From Obrimoposthia wandeli (Eukaryota): a stretch of DNA of 64,000 nt. Shown piece after piece: positions 10,030 through 19,189 of this stretch. Both the position numbers and the translations under genes were made by a program. Each line of letters begins with the position of its first letter. Positions within the stretch are counted from its first letter, which is position 1. The notes beneath the pieces were generated by a model, which was not told where the DNA came from, made no database searches, and saw only the letters and a list, made by a program, of their open reading frames with translations. The stretch covers positions 62,001 to 126,000 of the forward strand of contig CDROCS010001295.1 of NCBI GenBank assembly GCA_977020255.1, read 5' to 3'.

Positions 10030-10698
10030 TTAAAAAGGCAGTAACGCACTAATAAAGAATTTTGATAGCCAACCCATCGTATTAGTATCAGCTACCTGAC
10101 CTGTACCACTATAACTGATGCGAGCATCAGCTAGCTTTTCTGAAGAAACGGTATTATCTGCAGTAATATCTTGAGGGCGAACCATACCACTTATTTGGAT
10201 ATATTCGTCGCCTTGATTCAGATTCAACCACTTTTCACCCCGCACAACTAATACACCATTTGGCAGCACATCATGCACTGTCACTGATATACTGCCATCT
10301 AAGCTATTACTAATATCGGATTTCCCCTCACCTTCGAACTCCGTAGTAGGGCCAGTTATGCTGGTATTAAATCTATTTAACTGATTGCCGAATATTGTGG
10401 GAGCTGCGAGCACCGTGCTAGTTGATTTATCAGAAGTACTTTTGGCTTTTTTAGACGCGCTGGTACTCTCTTTCAATAAAATCGAAATGATATCGCCAAT
10501 TTGTGCTGCACGGCCATTACCATAGAGATCTCTACGAGAAGACAAATTAACAATAGATCCAGTCACGGGACTTGGCCTTTGCAAATTTTGCGACGACACG
10601 GGGGCATAATACGGATCATCGGGCTTAACCGTTTTTGACACACAACCTGTCATTAATATAAGTGCACCCACTACCCACAAATTTTTTAACATCTGCAA
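10030..10698 (-). CDS. flgH: Flagellar L-ring lipoprotein (start may be ATG 10692)
   Basis: Lipobox LMTGC; GEKWLNLNQGDEYIQISGMVRPQDI; ADARISYSGTG. Confidence 0.97.
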   Translation of the reverse strand: MQMLKNLWVVGALILMTGCVSKTVKPDDPYYAPVSSQNLQRPSPVTGSIVNLSSRRDLYGNGRAAQIGDIISILLKESTSASKKAKSTSDKSTSTVLAAPTIFGNQLNRFNTSITGPTTEFEGEGKSDISNSLDGSISVTVHDVLPNGVLVVRGEKWLNLNQGDEYIQISGMVRPQDITADNTVSSEKLADARISYSGTGQVADTNTMGWLSKFFISALLPF

Positions 10699-10726
10699 CC
10701 TTTTTCGTTGTTAATGAAAGTTACTA

Positions 10727-11512
10727 TTACAACTGCTGATTAATAAAGCTCAGCATTTCATCTGCTGTTGATATAACTTTAGAATTTATTTCATAAGCCC
10801 TTTGAGTGGTAATCATATTAACCAGCTCCTCAACTGCACTAACATTAGACGCCTCTAACATATTTTGCTTGGTTTCCCCTAAACCTGCTTCGCCAGGATT
10901 TGCCACAACAGGGGCTCCACTACTGGCCGTTTCAGTAAACAAGTTTTGACCAGTTGCGAGCAAACCGGCGGGGTTAACAAATGATGCTAGTGTTAACTGC
11001 CCTATATTTTGTGGCGCGGTATTACCTGCCGTGGTTACTGTAACAGATCCATCTACACCGACAGAAAAATTATTAACTTCAGCAGGCAATGTAATCGCAG
11101 GCTCAACCAACAAACCTTCAGCGGTTGTTAACTCGTTATTGCCGTTAAGATGAAATTGACCATTACGAGTATAACCTATTTCACCCGTCGGCAAGGTTAC
11201 CTGAAAAAAACCATTACCATTGATCGCCACATCAAAAGGCTGATCGGTAATTTGCACTTCGCCGCCAGTAAACTGCTTTTGAGTGCCTACTACTCTTACG
11301 CCATTTCCTAATTGCAACCCGGAAGGTAATTGGGTACCTGCCGCAGAATCCGCGCCTGGCGCTCTTTGAATTTGATAAAGTAAATCTTCGAATACCGCTC
11401 TGTCTTTTTTAAAACCAACCGTAGAAACGTTTGCCAAGTTATTGGAAATAACTTTGAGCTGGGTATCTTGTGCAGAAAGACCCGTTTTCGCGACGTATAA
11501 TGCACCGTTCAT
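10727..11512 (-). CDS. flgG: Flagellar distal rod protein
   Basis: ISNNLANVSTVGFKKDRAVFEDLLYQ; LEASNVSAVEELVNMITTQRAYEINSK. Confidence 0.98.
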   Translation of the reverse strand: MNGALYVAKTGLSAQDTQLKVISNNLANVSTVGFKKDRAVFEDLLYQIQRAPGADSAAGTQLPSGLQLGNGVRVVGTQKQFTGGEVQITDQPFDVAINGNGFFQVTLPTGEIGYTRNGQFHLNGNNELTTAEGLLVEPAITLPAEVNNFSVGVDGSVTVTTAGNTAPQNIGQLTLASFVNPAGLLATGQNLFTETASSGAPVVANPGEAGLGETKQNMLEASNVSAVEELVNMITTQRAYEINSKVISTADEMLSFINQQL

Positions 11513-11530
11513 ACTATTCCCCTAAAAGCG

Positions 11531-12271
11531 TTACGCTTGTAATATTTTTGCTGCAGCAGTAGAGTTTTCTTCTGCTGTCTTCATCATTTTTATATTCATT
11601 TCAAACTGTCGCGATAAACCAATAATATTCGTTAATTCGTGCACTGCATTAACATTACTGGTTTCGATAAAACCGCTTTGCACCCGGGCATTTGGGTCTA
11701 TTTCTAAAACATTACCCCCATTGACCTTCATTAAGCCATCAACGCCTTTATAGGATGTTTGCGGGTCTAAGTTAACCATTTTTATCTGATCTACTATCAG
11801 TAACTGAGCAGTCGTTGCCCCCTCTGGCTTTATACTAATAGTGCCATCTGAGCCTATATCTAATTGCTCTAGCGGCGGCAACACTATTTCATTACCCCCT
11901 GCTCCCAGTATCGGCAAACCACTGCCGTTAACTAATTGCCCTTGCGGCATTATCTGCAACTCAGCAGATCGTGTATAAGATTCTGAACCATCTTTAGCGC
12001 GCACTGCCAGCCAAGTATCGCCTTGCATTGCCAAATCTAAATTACGACCCGTTTGCATCATTGTACCTGATGCTCTATCGGTTTGTGGCCGCTCTGAAAG
12101 CGAGTAAACACGTGAGGGCTGCCCTTCACCAAACACTTGCATGGAACGGGCTTGCTCTAAATCAGATTTAAAACCAGTGGTTGAAATATTAGCTAAGTTA
12201 TTTGCGTGTGCTTGCTGCGATAACATGGTTTGCTTGGCACCACTCATCGCTAAAAATATGACCTTATCCAT
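11531..12271 (-). CDS. flgF: Flagellar basal-body rod protein
   Basis: MDKVIFLAMSGAKQ...HANNLANISTTGFKSD; ETSNVNAVHEL...RQFEMNIKMM. Confidence 0.97.
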   Translation of the reverse strand: MDKVIFLAMSGAKQTMLSQQAHANNLANISTTGFKSDLEQARSMQVFGEGQPSRVYSLSERPQTDRASGTMMQTGRNLDLAMQGDTWLAVRAKDGSESYTRSAELQIMPQGQLVNGSGLPILGAGGNEIVLPPLEQLDIGSDGTISIKPEGATTAQLLIVDQIKMVNLDPQTSYKGVDGLMKVNGGNVLEIDPNARVQSGFIETSNVNAVHELTNIIGLSRQFEMNIKMMKTAEENSTAAAKILQA

Positions 12272-12310
12272 CTGAATACCTTAGCTGTTTTATCGTTATC
12301 TCTATTAGAT

Positions 12311-12326
12311 AGCAATATGCATGCCA
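12311..12326 (-). promoter_or_regulatory. sigma54 (-24/-12) promoter of flgF
   Basis: Minus strand TGGCATGCATATTGCT (GG-N10-GC), 40 nt upstream of the ATG. Confidence 0.8.
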
Positions 12327-12360
12327 TAAACTTAGAACACTTTTTAGATTTTAATAGGCA

Positions 12361-12398
12361 AAAAAAATCCTTAGCTAATATTTTTAAGCTAAGGATTT
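12361..12398 (-). terminator. Rho-independent terminator after flgE
   Basis: AAATCCTTAGCT...AGCTAAGGATTT stem followed by a long U-run on the minus strand. Confidence 0.8.
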
Positions 12399-12416
12399 GT
12401 TATACCGATGTAGTGA

Positions 12417-14564
12417 TTAAATCTGCAAGATGTTCTGAGTTACAGTATTCAGTGTTTCGAGTGTTTTAGAACTCGCCTGGAAGTTACGCTGAAATTCGAT
12501 CAGCTTCACTAATTCCGCCGACAAATCTACGTTTGAAGACTCAAGCGCTGAAGATCGCAAAGTACCGTTTAAACCAGATCCCGGCGGGTTTAGCACAGGC
12601 TGTCCAGATACATTGGTCGCTAACCATTGAGTAGATCCACTAGGCTGCATTCCCGCTTGGTTCTCAAAAGTTGCCACTGCCACAATACCCAAAGTCTTAC
12701 TTTGGTTATTACTGAAGGTTGCCACCATTTCACCGGTTGCAGTAAAATTAACACCTGTTAAATCGCCTTTCGAATAGCCATCTTGGCTCGACCCCTTAAC
12801 GATTTGCAAGTCTGCAAACTGTGTGGTGCCGGCTAAATCCAAGGTAATTTCAGTTGCCGCATTCGCCGGATCTGCATTTAGAATCGTTAATTTAGGCACT
12901 TCTGCGCCAACAGTAGTCGGTACATCTATTTCATTAATCGCAGTCAAGATACCGTTAGTAGGATTAAACCTAATAATTACCGGGCCTATTTCAGTGGTCG
13001 TCGCATTAGAAGAAGACCCCGGCTCTACCGTTTTTCCAATATTTAACGCTTCAGGCCTTTGACCTAATGGGTTCAAATATGCGTACATTCTATATACGCC
13101 TTCGAAAGAGTTATCACCTTTAACTATCTCTGTTGAAGTAACCGCGCCTACGGCTGGTGCAACAGCCACTGTTACCGCTGGTGTCGTCGCGTCATTCAAA
13201 ACGGCACCTCCAAAGAAATTACCGTCTTGCTGTTTAATATTTAACGAAGAATTTAACACATCACCAGATTCTGCTTTAAATGTAAACAACAACTCGTTTG
13301 TTCCAGAATCATATTTCACTGACTCTATATTTGGATTAGCATCACGAATTGCAGTTTCTTTGGAGATAATTTCATTAGCTACTTGCTGCCTGGTAATCGG
13401 TGCATCACCAGTAGCATTAAACGCAAAATCAACACCTGCAATCGAAAATTGCTGCGGTGTAACATAAGACCCGATTTCAGCAGCGGCTATATTGGCTGCG
13501 CCAGTCGTATCCCCTCCTCCACCAGTGGGTATTTGAAACGTATGAGTTTCGTTACTGGCCAAAGTAGTCACTCTTGGGTTTGAAAGCAAATCAGCTGCAG
13601 CAGTAGCTGCGAGAGAATCCGGTCCTACTATCAGCTCTCCACTCTCCCTAGCCGCTGCTTCAAAAATAACCTGCACAGACCCTTGTACAGCAGGATCTGT
13701 TCCCGCCACTGCTAAACCAGGCGTAAACCTAACATCAAAGATACGCGGGTCCGCTAGTTGCAGCTCTTGCAGTTTCGCAGCCGAAACCGATACATATTCC
13801 CCTCTGCCAAGTCCTGCCGGAATAACAAATTGAGCAGCATCAGAGGTATCAACATCTACACCCGAAATTGCAACTTCGTCTCCAGCGAACACACCTGCGG
13901 CACCTTGATCAAAAGTATGTACTTCTTTCTTCGCTTGCTGCTCAACCATATCGTAACGAATGGTGTGCTCATTTCCTAAACTATCGAAAGTGCCAACGGT
14001 TGTGCTAAAGGTTGCCGAAGCCGGTACTTCACGGCTATAAGGCGTCGTCAAAGCTGCGGCATCTTTTGCTTCGTCAATATTAAAGAAAAGCCCCATTGTT
14101 TCAGTGCCTTTTGGCGGGCTTTCTTTTTCTGAAACTCTTAAATTATCGACTGGTAAGCGGTTACCTTCATCATCTACGCCATAGCCTTGTAAATTTTGCC
14201 CACCTTTGGATACAATAAAACCATCTTTATCCAGCTCGAATGAACCATCACGTGTATAAGTAACTGAGCCACGTCCGTCATCCAACTGAAAGAAACCGCT
14301 GCCATTAATGGATAAATCTAAATTATTGTTGGTAAATTGCACATTACCACCACTAAAGTCTTGCGCTATATCGGCGACCAACACACCTGAACCCGGAGCA
14401 TTACTTGCACCAGAGCCAATCGCTGCCGTTGCATAAATATCTGCAAACTCTGTTCGTGACGATTTAAAACCGGTAGTACTCGCATTAGCGATATTATTAC
14501 CTGTTACATCTAGTGCCGTGGTCGACGCTCTGATACCTGATATTGCCGTGTTAAATCCAGCCAT
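12417..14564 (-). CDS. flgE: Flagellar hook protein, large (715 aa)
   Basis: LDVTGNNIANASTTGFKSSRTEFADIY; C-terminal LESSNVDLSAELVKLIEFQRNFQASSK. Confidence 0.97.
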   Translation of the reverse strand: MAGFNTAISGIRASTTALDVTGNNIANASTTGFKSSRTEFADIYATAAIGSGASNAPGSGVLVADIAQDFSGGNVQFTNNNLDLSINGSGFFQLDDGRGSVTYTRDGSFELDKDGFIVSKGGQNLQGYGVDDEGNRLPVDNLRVSEKESPPKGTETMGLFFNIDEAKDAAALTTPYSREVPASATFSTTVGTFDSLGNEHTIRYDMVEQQAKKEVHTFDQGAAGVFAGDEVAISGVDVDTSDAAQFVIPAGLGRGEYVSVSAAKLQELQLADPRIFDVRFTPGLAVAGTDPAVQGSVQVIFEAAARESGELIVGPDSLAATAAADLLSNPRVTTLASNETHTFQIPTGGGGDTTGAANIAAAEIGSYVTPQQFSIAGVDFAFNATGDAPITRQQVANEIISKETAIRDANPNIESVKYDSGTNELLFTFKAESGDVLNSSLNIKQQDGNFFGGAVLNDATTPAVTVAVAPAVGAVTSTEIVKGDNSFEGVYRMYAYLNPLGQRPEALNIGKTVEPGSSSNATTTEIGPVIIRFNPTNGILTAINEIDVPTTVGAEVPKLTILNADPANAATEITLDLAGTTQFADLQIVKGSSQDGYSKGDLTGVNFTATGEMVATFSNNQSKTLGIVAVATFENQAGMQPSGSTQWLATNVSGQPVLNPPGSGLNGTLRSSALESSNVDLSAELVKLIEFQRNFQASSKTLETLNTVTQNILQI

Positions 14565-14575
14565 GTTATATTCTC

Positions 14576-15259
14576 CTATACACCAATTCTTAGTACATTA
14601 GCCATTGATGTTGATCCCACAGCTGTATTAACCTGCATGCCAACGCCATTTTGCCCTAAAGTTACACTTGTGACTCTATTATCTAGATAAGTATCTATCC
14701 TTTCATAGCTACCATCTTCCATTTTTACTTCTGCTTTCAAGGAGTATTCACTGCCTGCTTTTTCAGCGGAGCCAACCCATTTAAAATCAGAATTACCCGC
14801 TGTATACGCTCCCAGATCAACTGTTTCTACTACAGTTCCGTTTGCATCTGATACCGTTAATCGAACATTATCAGTATTACCTGGCAACGCTAAAGCACCA
14901 CTAATATCACCCTCTTTGTTACTGAGCGTTTTATCAGTAGATATCAAAACATTTTGCCCAACCATAGAAGAAGCTTGTAAGGCTGACTGGCTGGTAATCA
15001 TTGACTGACTCATCGCAGTAATCGAATTACCCAAGTTATTCATACTTTCCACTTGGCTCATATTCGAAATTTGCCCCATAAATTCAGCGGTATCCGTAGG
15101 GCTTGTTGGGTCTTGATTAGTCATCTGCGCAATCATCAGCTTCATGAACATATCACTATCTTCTTGTGACTTGCTCTTGCCTGTGGTTGTATCGGCCGCT
15201 TTATTAGCTGCGTTGATCTGTTCAAACACATTGCTATTATTGGTATTAATTGTACTCAT
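14576..15259 (-). CDS. flgD: Flagellar hook assembly (cap) protein
   Basis: FMKLMIAQMTNQDPTSPTDTAEFMGQISNMSQVE. Confidence 0.97.
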   Translation of the reverse strand: MSTINTNNSNVFEQINAANKAADTTTGKSKSQEDSDMFMKLMIAQMTNQDPTSPTDTAEFMGQISNMSQVESMNNLGNSITAMSQSMITSQSALQASSMVGQNVLISTDKTLSNKEGDISGALALPGNTDNVRLTVSDANGTVVETVDLGAYTAGNSDFKWVGSAEKAGSEYSLKAEVKMEDGSYERIDTYLDNRVTSVTLGQNGVGMQVNTAVGSTSMANVLRIGV

Positions 15260-15269
15260 AAATCACCTA

Positions 15270-15704
15270 CTATTGACCCAAAGTTAATGCGCGTTGCATC
15301 ATCTTTTTCGCCGAATCCATGACATCGGCATTAATTTGGAACGATCTTGACGCTGAGATCATATCAGCCATTTCTTCTACCACATTGACATTTGGGTAGT
15401 ATATAAAACCATTTTCATCTGCCATTGGATGACTAGGCAAATACTCTGGCTGTAATGGAGCTTTACTTTCCACTATGCCTAAAACTTGCACACCCTGACC
15501 CGATAACAAACCACCATCCGCTGCACTAAGCTGCTGCTGCGAAGGCTCTTGCAATGCAAACACAGGCTTGCGTGCTCGGTAGGTTTCATCAACACTTGAA
15601 CTAATACTCTGTGCATTAGCCATGTTGCTCGCCGTGGTATTTAAGCGCACTGTTTGTGCGCTCATGGCAGAACCTGAAATATTAAATATATTAGCAATAG
15701 ACAT
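15270..15704 (-). CDS. flgC: Flagellar basal-body rod protein
   Basis: SGSAMSAQTVRLNTTASNMANA; HPMADENGFIYYPNVNVVEEMADMISASRSF. Confidence 0.98.
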   Translation of the reverse strand: MSIANIFNISGSAMSAQTVRLNTTASNMANAQSISSSVDETYRARKPVFALQEPSQQQLSAADGGLLSGQGVQVLGIVESKAPLQPEYLPSHPMADENGFIYYPNVNVVEEMADMISASRSFQINADVMDSAKKMMQRALTLGQ

Positions 15705-16102
15705 TATGCGGATCCCTTAACAGCGAGTTTCAAACCCTTGAATTTACTATTTAGAAACTCAAATGAAGCCTGATAAGCTAAAGAGTTCTGCCCAAAATCC
15801 GCCATTTCTTGCTGTACATCTACGGTATTACCATCGACCGACGGCTGTGTAGGTATTTTGTACATAAGATCTGCTGCGAAATCTGGATGAATAACGGTAG
15901 GGGCGTGCCCTGTATTGGTGGTGTTAGCTTTTAACACATTAGTCGACTCATTATTCAATATCGCTTTAAAATCCATATCTCTGGATTGATAATTTGGCGT
16001 ATCAGCATTGGCAATATTATTTGCCAAAACTTCAGCACGATCCGCTCGAACTTGGATTGCTTGCTGATGGATTCCTAATGCTTTATCAAATGTTATGGCC
16101 AT
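15704..16102 (-). CDS. flgB: Flagellar basal-body rod protein
   Basis: RAEVLANNIANADTPNYQSRD; PSVDGNTVD; 1-nt TAATG overlap with flgC. Confidence 0.98.
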   Translation of the reverse strand: MAITFDKALGIHQQAIQVRADRAEVLANNIANADTPNYQSRDMDFKAILNNESTNVLKANTTNTGHAPTVIHPDFAADLMYKIPTQPSVDGNTVDVQQEMADFGQNSLAYQASFEFLNSKFKGLKLAVKGSA

Positions 16103-16133
16103 TACACACCTCTATTAATATTAGTTATATTAA

Positions 16134-16149
16134 AGCAATGATTATGCCA
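16134..16149 (-). promoter_or_regulatory. sigma54 (-24/-12) promoter of the flgB operon
   Basis: Minus strand TGGCATAATCATTGCT, 32 nt upstream of the ATG. Confidence 0.8.
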
Positions 16150-16729
16150 AATTTTATTTTTAAATAAACCATTGATAAACTGAGGTTTTTTTATTACTTA
16201 AAAAGGGATAATTACTATTTGGCAAACCAATGCCGCCATTGAAGAAAAAAATTGCCGCTTTAATCAGCACTCATTAATGAACATGGAATTCATGAGCGGA
16301 GCTGCATTTTAAGAAAATAAAAATTCAAATCAGCAGCCTATTATAAACCCCAACAAACCATTTTAAAAACGAGCAATCAATCTACAACCATTTTCCACAG
16401 TTAAATACCGACCTAAAATATTTTGGAAAAATTCATAATACTATATGAGAATCCAAGCTAAGGCTTAGATACATTTACTTAGGCGCAAGTGAAAATTTTT
16501 GGCGCAACAATAAAATTCTCAATCGACATTCGTATACCGCTTTAATTTAGCAGCAATAATTAACGAGAACTGAGCAGTTAATTTTATAATCAGAGGGAAT
16601 AATATATTTCTAACGGTAGGAGCATCACGTCAGCCCAACAATTACTAGTAAAGAGGCATGACAAAAATGACAAGTAAGCAGAGACACACTATAAACAGGA
16701 ACAATCAACTAACGAATAAATTTTTGACA

Positions 16730-16757
16730 TAAAAAAGCCCCGCTATAAACGAGGCTT
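16730..16757 (-). terminator. Terminator of the tRNA operon
   Basis: Minus strand AAGCCTCG-loop-CGGGGCTTTTTT just downstream of the last tRNA. Confidence 0.75.
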
Positions 16758-16773
16758 AATTAAGTATATTAAA

Positions 16774-16863
16774 TGGCGGTGAGGGAGGGATTCGAACCCT
16801 CGATAGAGTTTCCTCTATACACCCTTAGCAGGGGCGCGCCTTCAGCCACTCGGCCACCTCACC
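16774..16863 (-). tRNA. tRNA-Ser(GCT), distal copy
   Basis: GGTGAGGTGGCCGAGTGGCTGAAGG...CT-GCT-AA...long variable arm...GGTTCGAATCC...CCA; 90 nt. Confidence 0.97.
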
Positions 16864-16985
16864 ACATAATGCTATTTTCTATCTTCAACTACAAACGAGC
16901 AGATCAATATTAGAAAAAACATTTAATATCAATAACAAATTAAAATCTGTAAATGATTGATTAATATACATCACAAAAAAAGAGA

Positions 16986-17062
16986 TGGTGCGCCCGGCAC
17001 GATTCGAACGTGCGACCGCCTAGTTCGTAGCCAGGTACTCTATCCAGCTGAGCTACGGGCGC
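16986..17062 (-). tRNA. tRNA-Arg(ACG)
   Basis: GCGCCCGTAGCTCAGCTGGATAGAG...CT-ACG-AA...GTTCGAATC...CCA; 77 nt. Confidence 0.97.
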
Positions 17063-17121
17063 TTTGTAAGTTATTGTATAAGTTGAATTCACCTTCGAAC
17101 AAAGCTATTCACTTTGAAAGA

Positions 17122-17198
17122 TGGTGCGCCCGGCACGATTCGAACGTGCGACCGCCTAGTTCGTAGCCAGGTACTCTATCCAGCTGAGCTACGGGCGC
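17122..17198 (-). tRNA. tRNA-Arg(ACG)
   Basis: Identical 77-nt copy. Confidence 0.97.
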
Positions 17199-17243
17199 TC
17201 AACTTAAACTTTAACTCTTTTCTCTTTTCTTGTTACATTGGGA

Positions 17244-17320
17244 TGGTGCGCCCGGCACGATTCGAACGTGCGACCGCCTAGTTCGTAGCCAGGTACTCTA
17301 TCCAGCTGAGCTACGGGCGC
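17244..17320 (-). tRNA. tRNA-Arg(ACG)
   Basis: Identical 77-nt copy. Confidence 0.97.
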
Positions 17321-17352
17321 TTTCTCCCAATTCTTGATTCATCTGTAAAGTA

Positions 17353-17429
17353 TGGTGCGCCCGGCACGATTCGAACGTGCGACCGCCTAGTTCGTAGCCA
17401 GGTACTCTATCCAGCTGAGCTACGGGCGC
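17353..17429 (-). tRNA. tRNA-Arg(ACG)
   Basis: Identical 77-nt copy. Confidence 0.97.
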
Positions 17430-17443
17430 TTTATACTTACAAA

Positions 17444-17533
17444 TGGCGGTGAGGGAGGGATTCGAACCCTCGATAGAGTTTCCTCTATACACCCTTAGCA
17501 GGGGCGCGCCTTCAGCCACTCGGCCACCTCACC
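17444..17533 (-). tRNA. tRNA-Ser(GCT), proximal copy
   Basis: Identical to 16774-16863; directly downstream of csrA, as in the classic csrA-Ser-Arg cluster. Confidence 0.97.
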
Positions 17534-17608
17534 TCAAGAGGCGCATACTATACAAGACTGATTTTGAAATAGAAACCCTTTATTTACAAATATTTCAAAT
17601 CTTTTAAA

Positions 17609-17791
17609 TTAACTTGCTTCTTCTTCCTTTTCTCTTTGAATACGCTGATAAATCTCTTCACGATGCACTGAAACATCCTTAGGAGCATCTACACCTATTC
17701 TCACTTGGTTACCTTTGATACCCAAAACTGTCACTGTCACTTTGTCACCGATCATCAGTGTCTCACCAACACGACGAGTAAGTATTAGCAT
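17609..17791 (-). CDS. csrA: Carbon storage regulator CsrA/RsmA
   Basis: [16 protein letters not shown]...[22 protein letters not shown]. Confidence 0.99.
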   Translation of the reverse strand: MLILTRRVGETLMIGDKVTVTVLGIKGNQVRIGVDAPKDVSVHREEIYQRIQREKEEEAS

Positions 17792-17913
17792 TTGTTAATT
17801 CTCCTATAATCTTTAAATAGCTCGCACACCAATTAATGGCTTACATCTTAATGAGATATAATTTTTTTGTTAACTACAGCTTGCAATTACTATAAAGCAA
17901 TTACAGTAAAGCG

Positions 17914-19149
17914 TCATTCACTGATTGAATCATTTCTACCTAATTCAAACGCCGAGTGTAGTGACCTAACAGCCAGCTCTAAGTATTTTTCGGCCATAAC
18001 AACCGATACTTTGATTTCTGAAGTTGAGATCATTTGGATATTGATATTCTCTTCAGCTAGCGCGTCAAACATTTTCGTTGCCACGCCTGCATGGGATCGC
18101 ATACCCACTCCTACAATTGAAACCTTAGCGATTTTGTTGTCGCCTTTGACTTCTCTTGCTTTTAATAGCTGCGCAGTACGTTCTAAGATCTCTTGTGCTT
18201 GATCAAAATCATTACGATGCACTGTAAAAGTAAAGTCTGTTGTTTGATCTTCTGCAACATTCTGCAAGATCATATCAACTTCAATGTTGGCCTCACTGAT
18301 AGGACCCAGTATCTTAGAGGCCACTCCAGGTATATCTGGTACTCCCATCACTGTTAGCTTAGCTTCATCTCTATTAAAAGCGATGCCCGAAATAACTGGC
18401 TTTTCCACGTTTTCATCATCCTCTATTGTAATCAACGTACCTGGGCCATCTTCAAAGCTCGACAACACTCTTAAAGGTACTTTGTATTTCCCTGCAAACT
18501 CTACCGCACGTATCTGCAAGATTTTTGAACCTAAACTCGCCATCTCCAGCATTTCTTCGAATGTAATCTCAGAAAGCCTTTGCGCACCTTCTACCACTCT
18601 TGGGTCCGTTGTATAAACACCATCCACATCAGTATATATTTGGCATTCATCGGCTTTTAGCGCTGCGGCTAAAGCCACACCAGTAGTATCTGACCCGCCG
18701 CGGCCAAGAGTGGTTATATTATCTTCTTTATCAGCACCTTGAAAACCAGCTACCACAACAACAGACCCTGCTTCTAGATCCGCATGTATTTTGGCAACGT
18801 CTATATCTTCAATACGTGCTTTCATGTGCACGCTATCAGTCAATATTCTAACTTGACTGCCAGTATAGGACCTAACCTTCAACCCCAAATCTTCCAAGGC
18901 CATGGACATTAAAGCAATGGTTACTTGCTCGCCTGTCGATAACAATACATCCATCTCTCTAGCAGAAGGTACATTTTGCATTTCTTTAGCTAGGGAAATC
19001 AAACGATTGGTTTCGCCACTCATAGCAGATACTGTCACTACTATATCGTGACCTTGATCTTTAAATTTCTTAACTTTTTCAGCTACTGCTTTAATTCTTT
19101 CAACGGAACCTACCGAGGTACCCCCGTATTTCTGTACATATAGAGCCAT
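17914..19149 (-). CDS. lysC: Aspartate kinase
   Basis: MALYVQKYGGTSVG; TLGRGGSDTT; DVDGVYTTDPR; two ACT domains. Start set at ATG 19149. Confidence 0.97.
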   Translation of the reverse strand: MALYVQKYGGTSVGSVERIKAVAEKVKKFKDQGHDIVVTVSAMSGETNRLISLAKEMQNVPSAREMDVLLSTGEQVTIALMSMALEDLGLKVRSYTGSQVRILTDSVHMKARIEDIDVAKIHADLEAGSVVVVAGFQGADKEDNITTLGRGGSDTTGVALAAALKADECQIYTDVDGVYTTDPRVVEGAQRLSEITFEEMLEMASLGSKILQIRAVEFAGKYKVPLRVLSSFEDGPGTLITIEDDENVEKPVISGIAFNRDEAKLTVMGVPDIPGVASKILGPISEANIEVDMILQNVAEDQTTDFTFTVHRNDFDQAQEILERTAQLLKAREVKGDNKIAKVSIVGVGMRSHAGVATKMFDALAEENINIQMISTSEIKVSVVMAEKYLELAVRSLHSAFELGRNDSISE

Positions 19150-19189
19150 TACGTTCACTCGTTAAACATTTAATTATTCACAAACCTGC

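Noticed and set aside
16221-16260. GGCAAACC riboswitch-like seed upstream of flgB
   Set aside because: Wrong strand for flgB and no GAAA/GACGCAAAG continuation.
16986-17429. Four identical 77-bp repeats with unique spacers, superficially a CRISPR array
   Set aside because: The repeats are complete tRNA-Arg(ACG) genes ending in CCA; no cas genes are present.
16957-17519. ORF-track entries 16957-17166 (+) and 17298-17519 (-)
   Set aside because: They are translations across tRNA genes, not proteins.
19150-19189. Lysine riboswitch before lysC
   Set aside because: Only about 40 nt separate alaS and lysC; there is no room for it.
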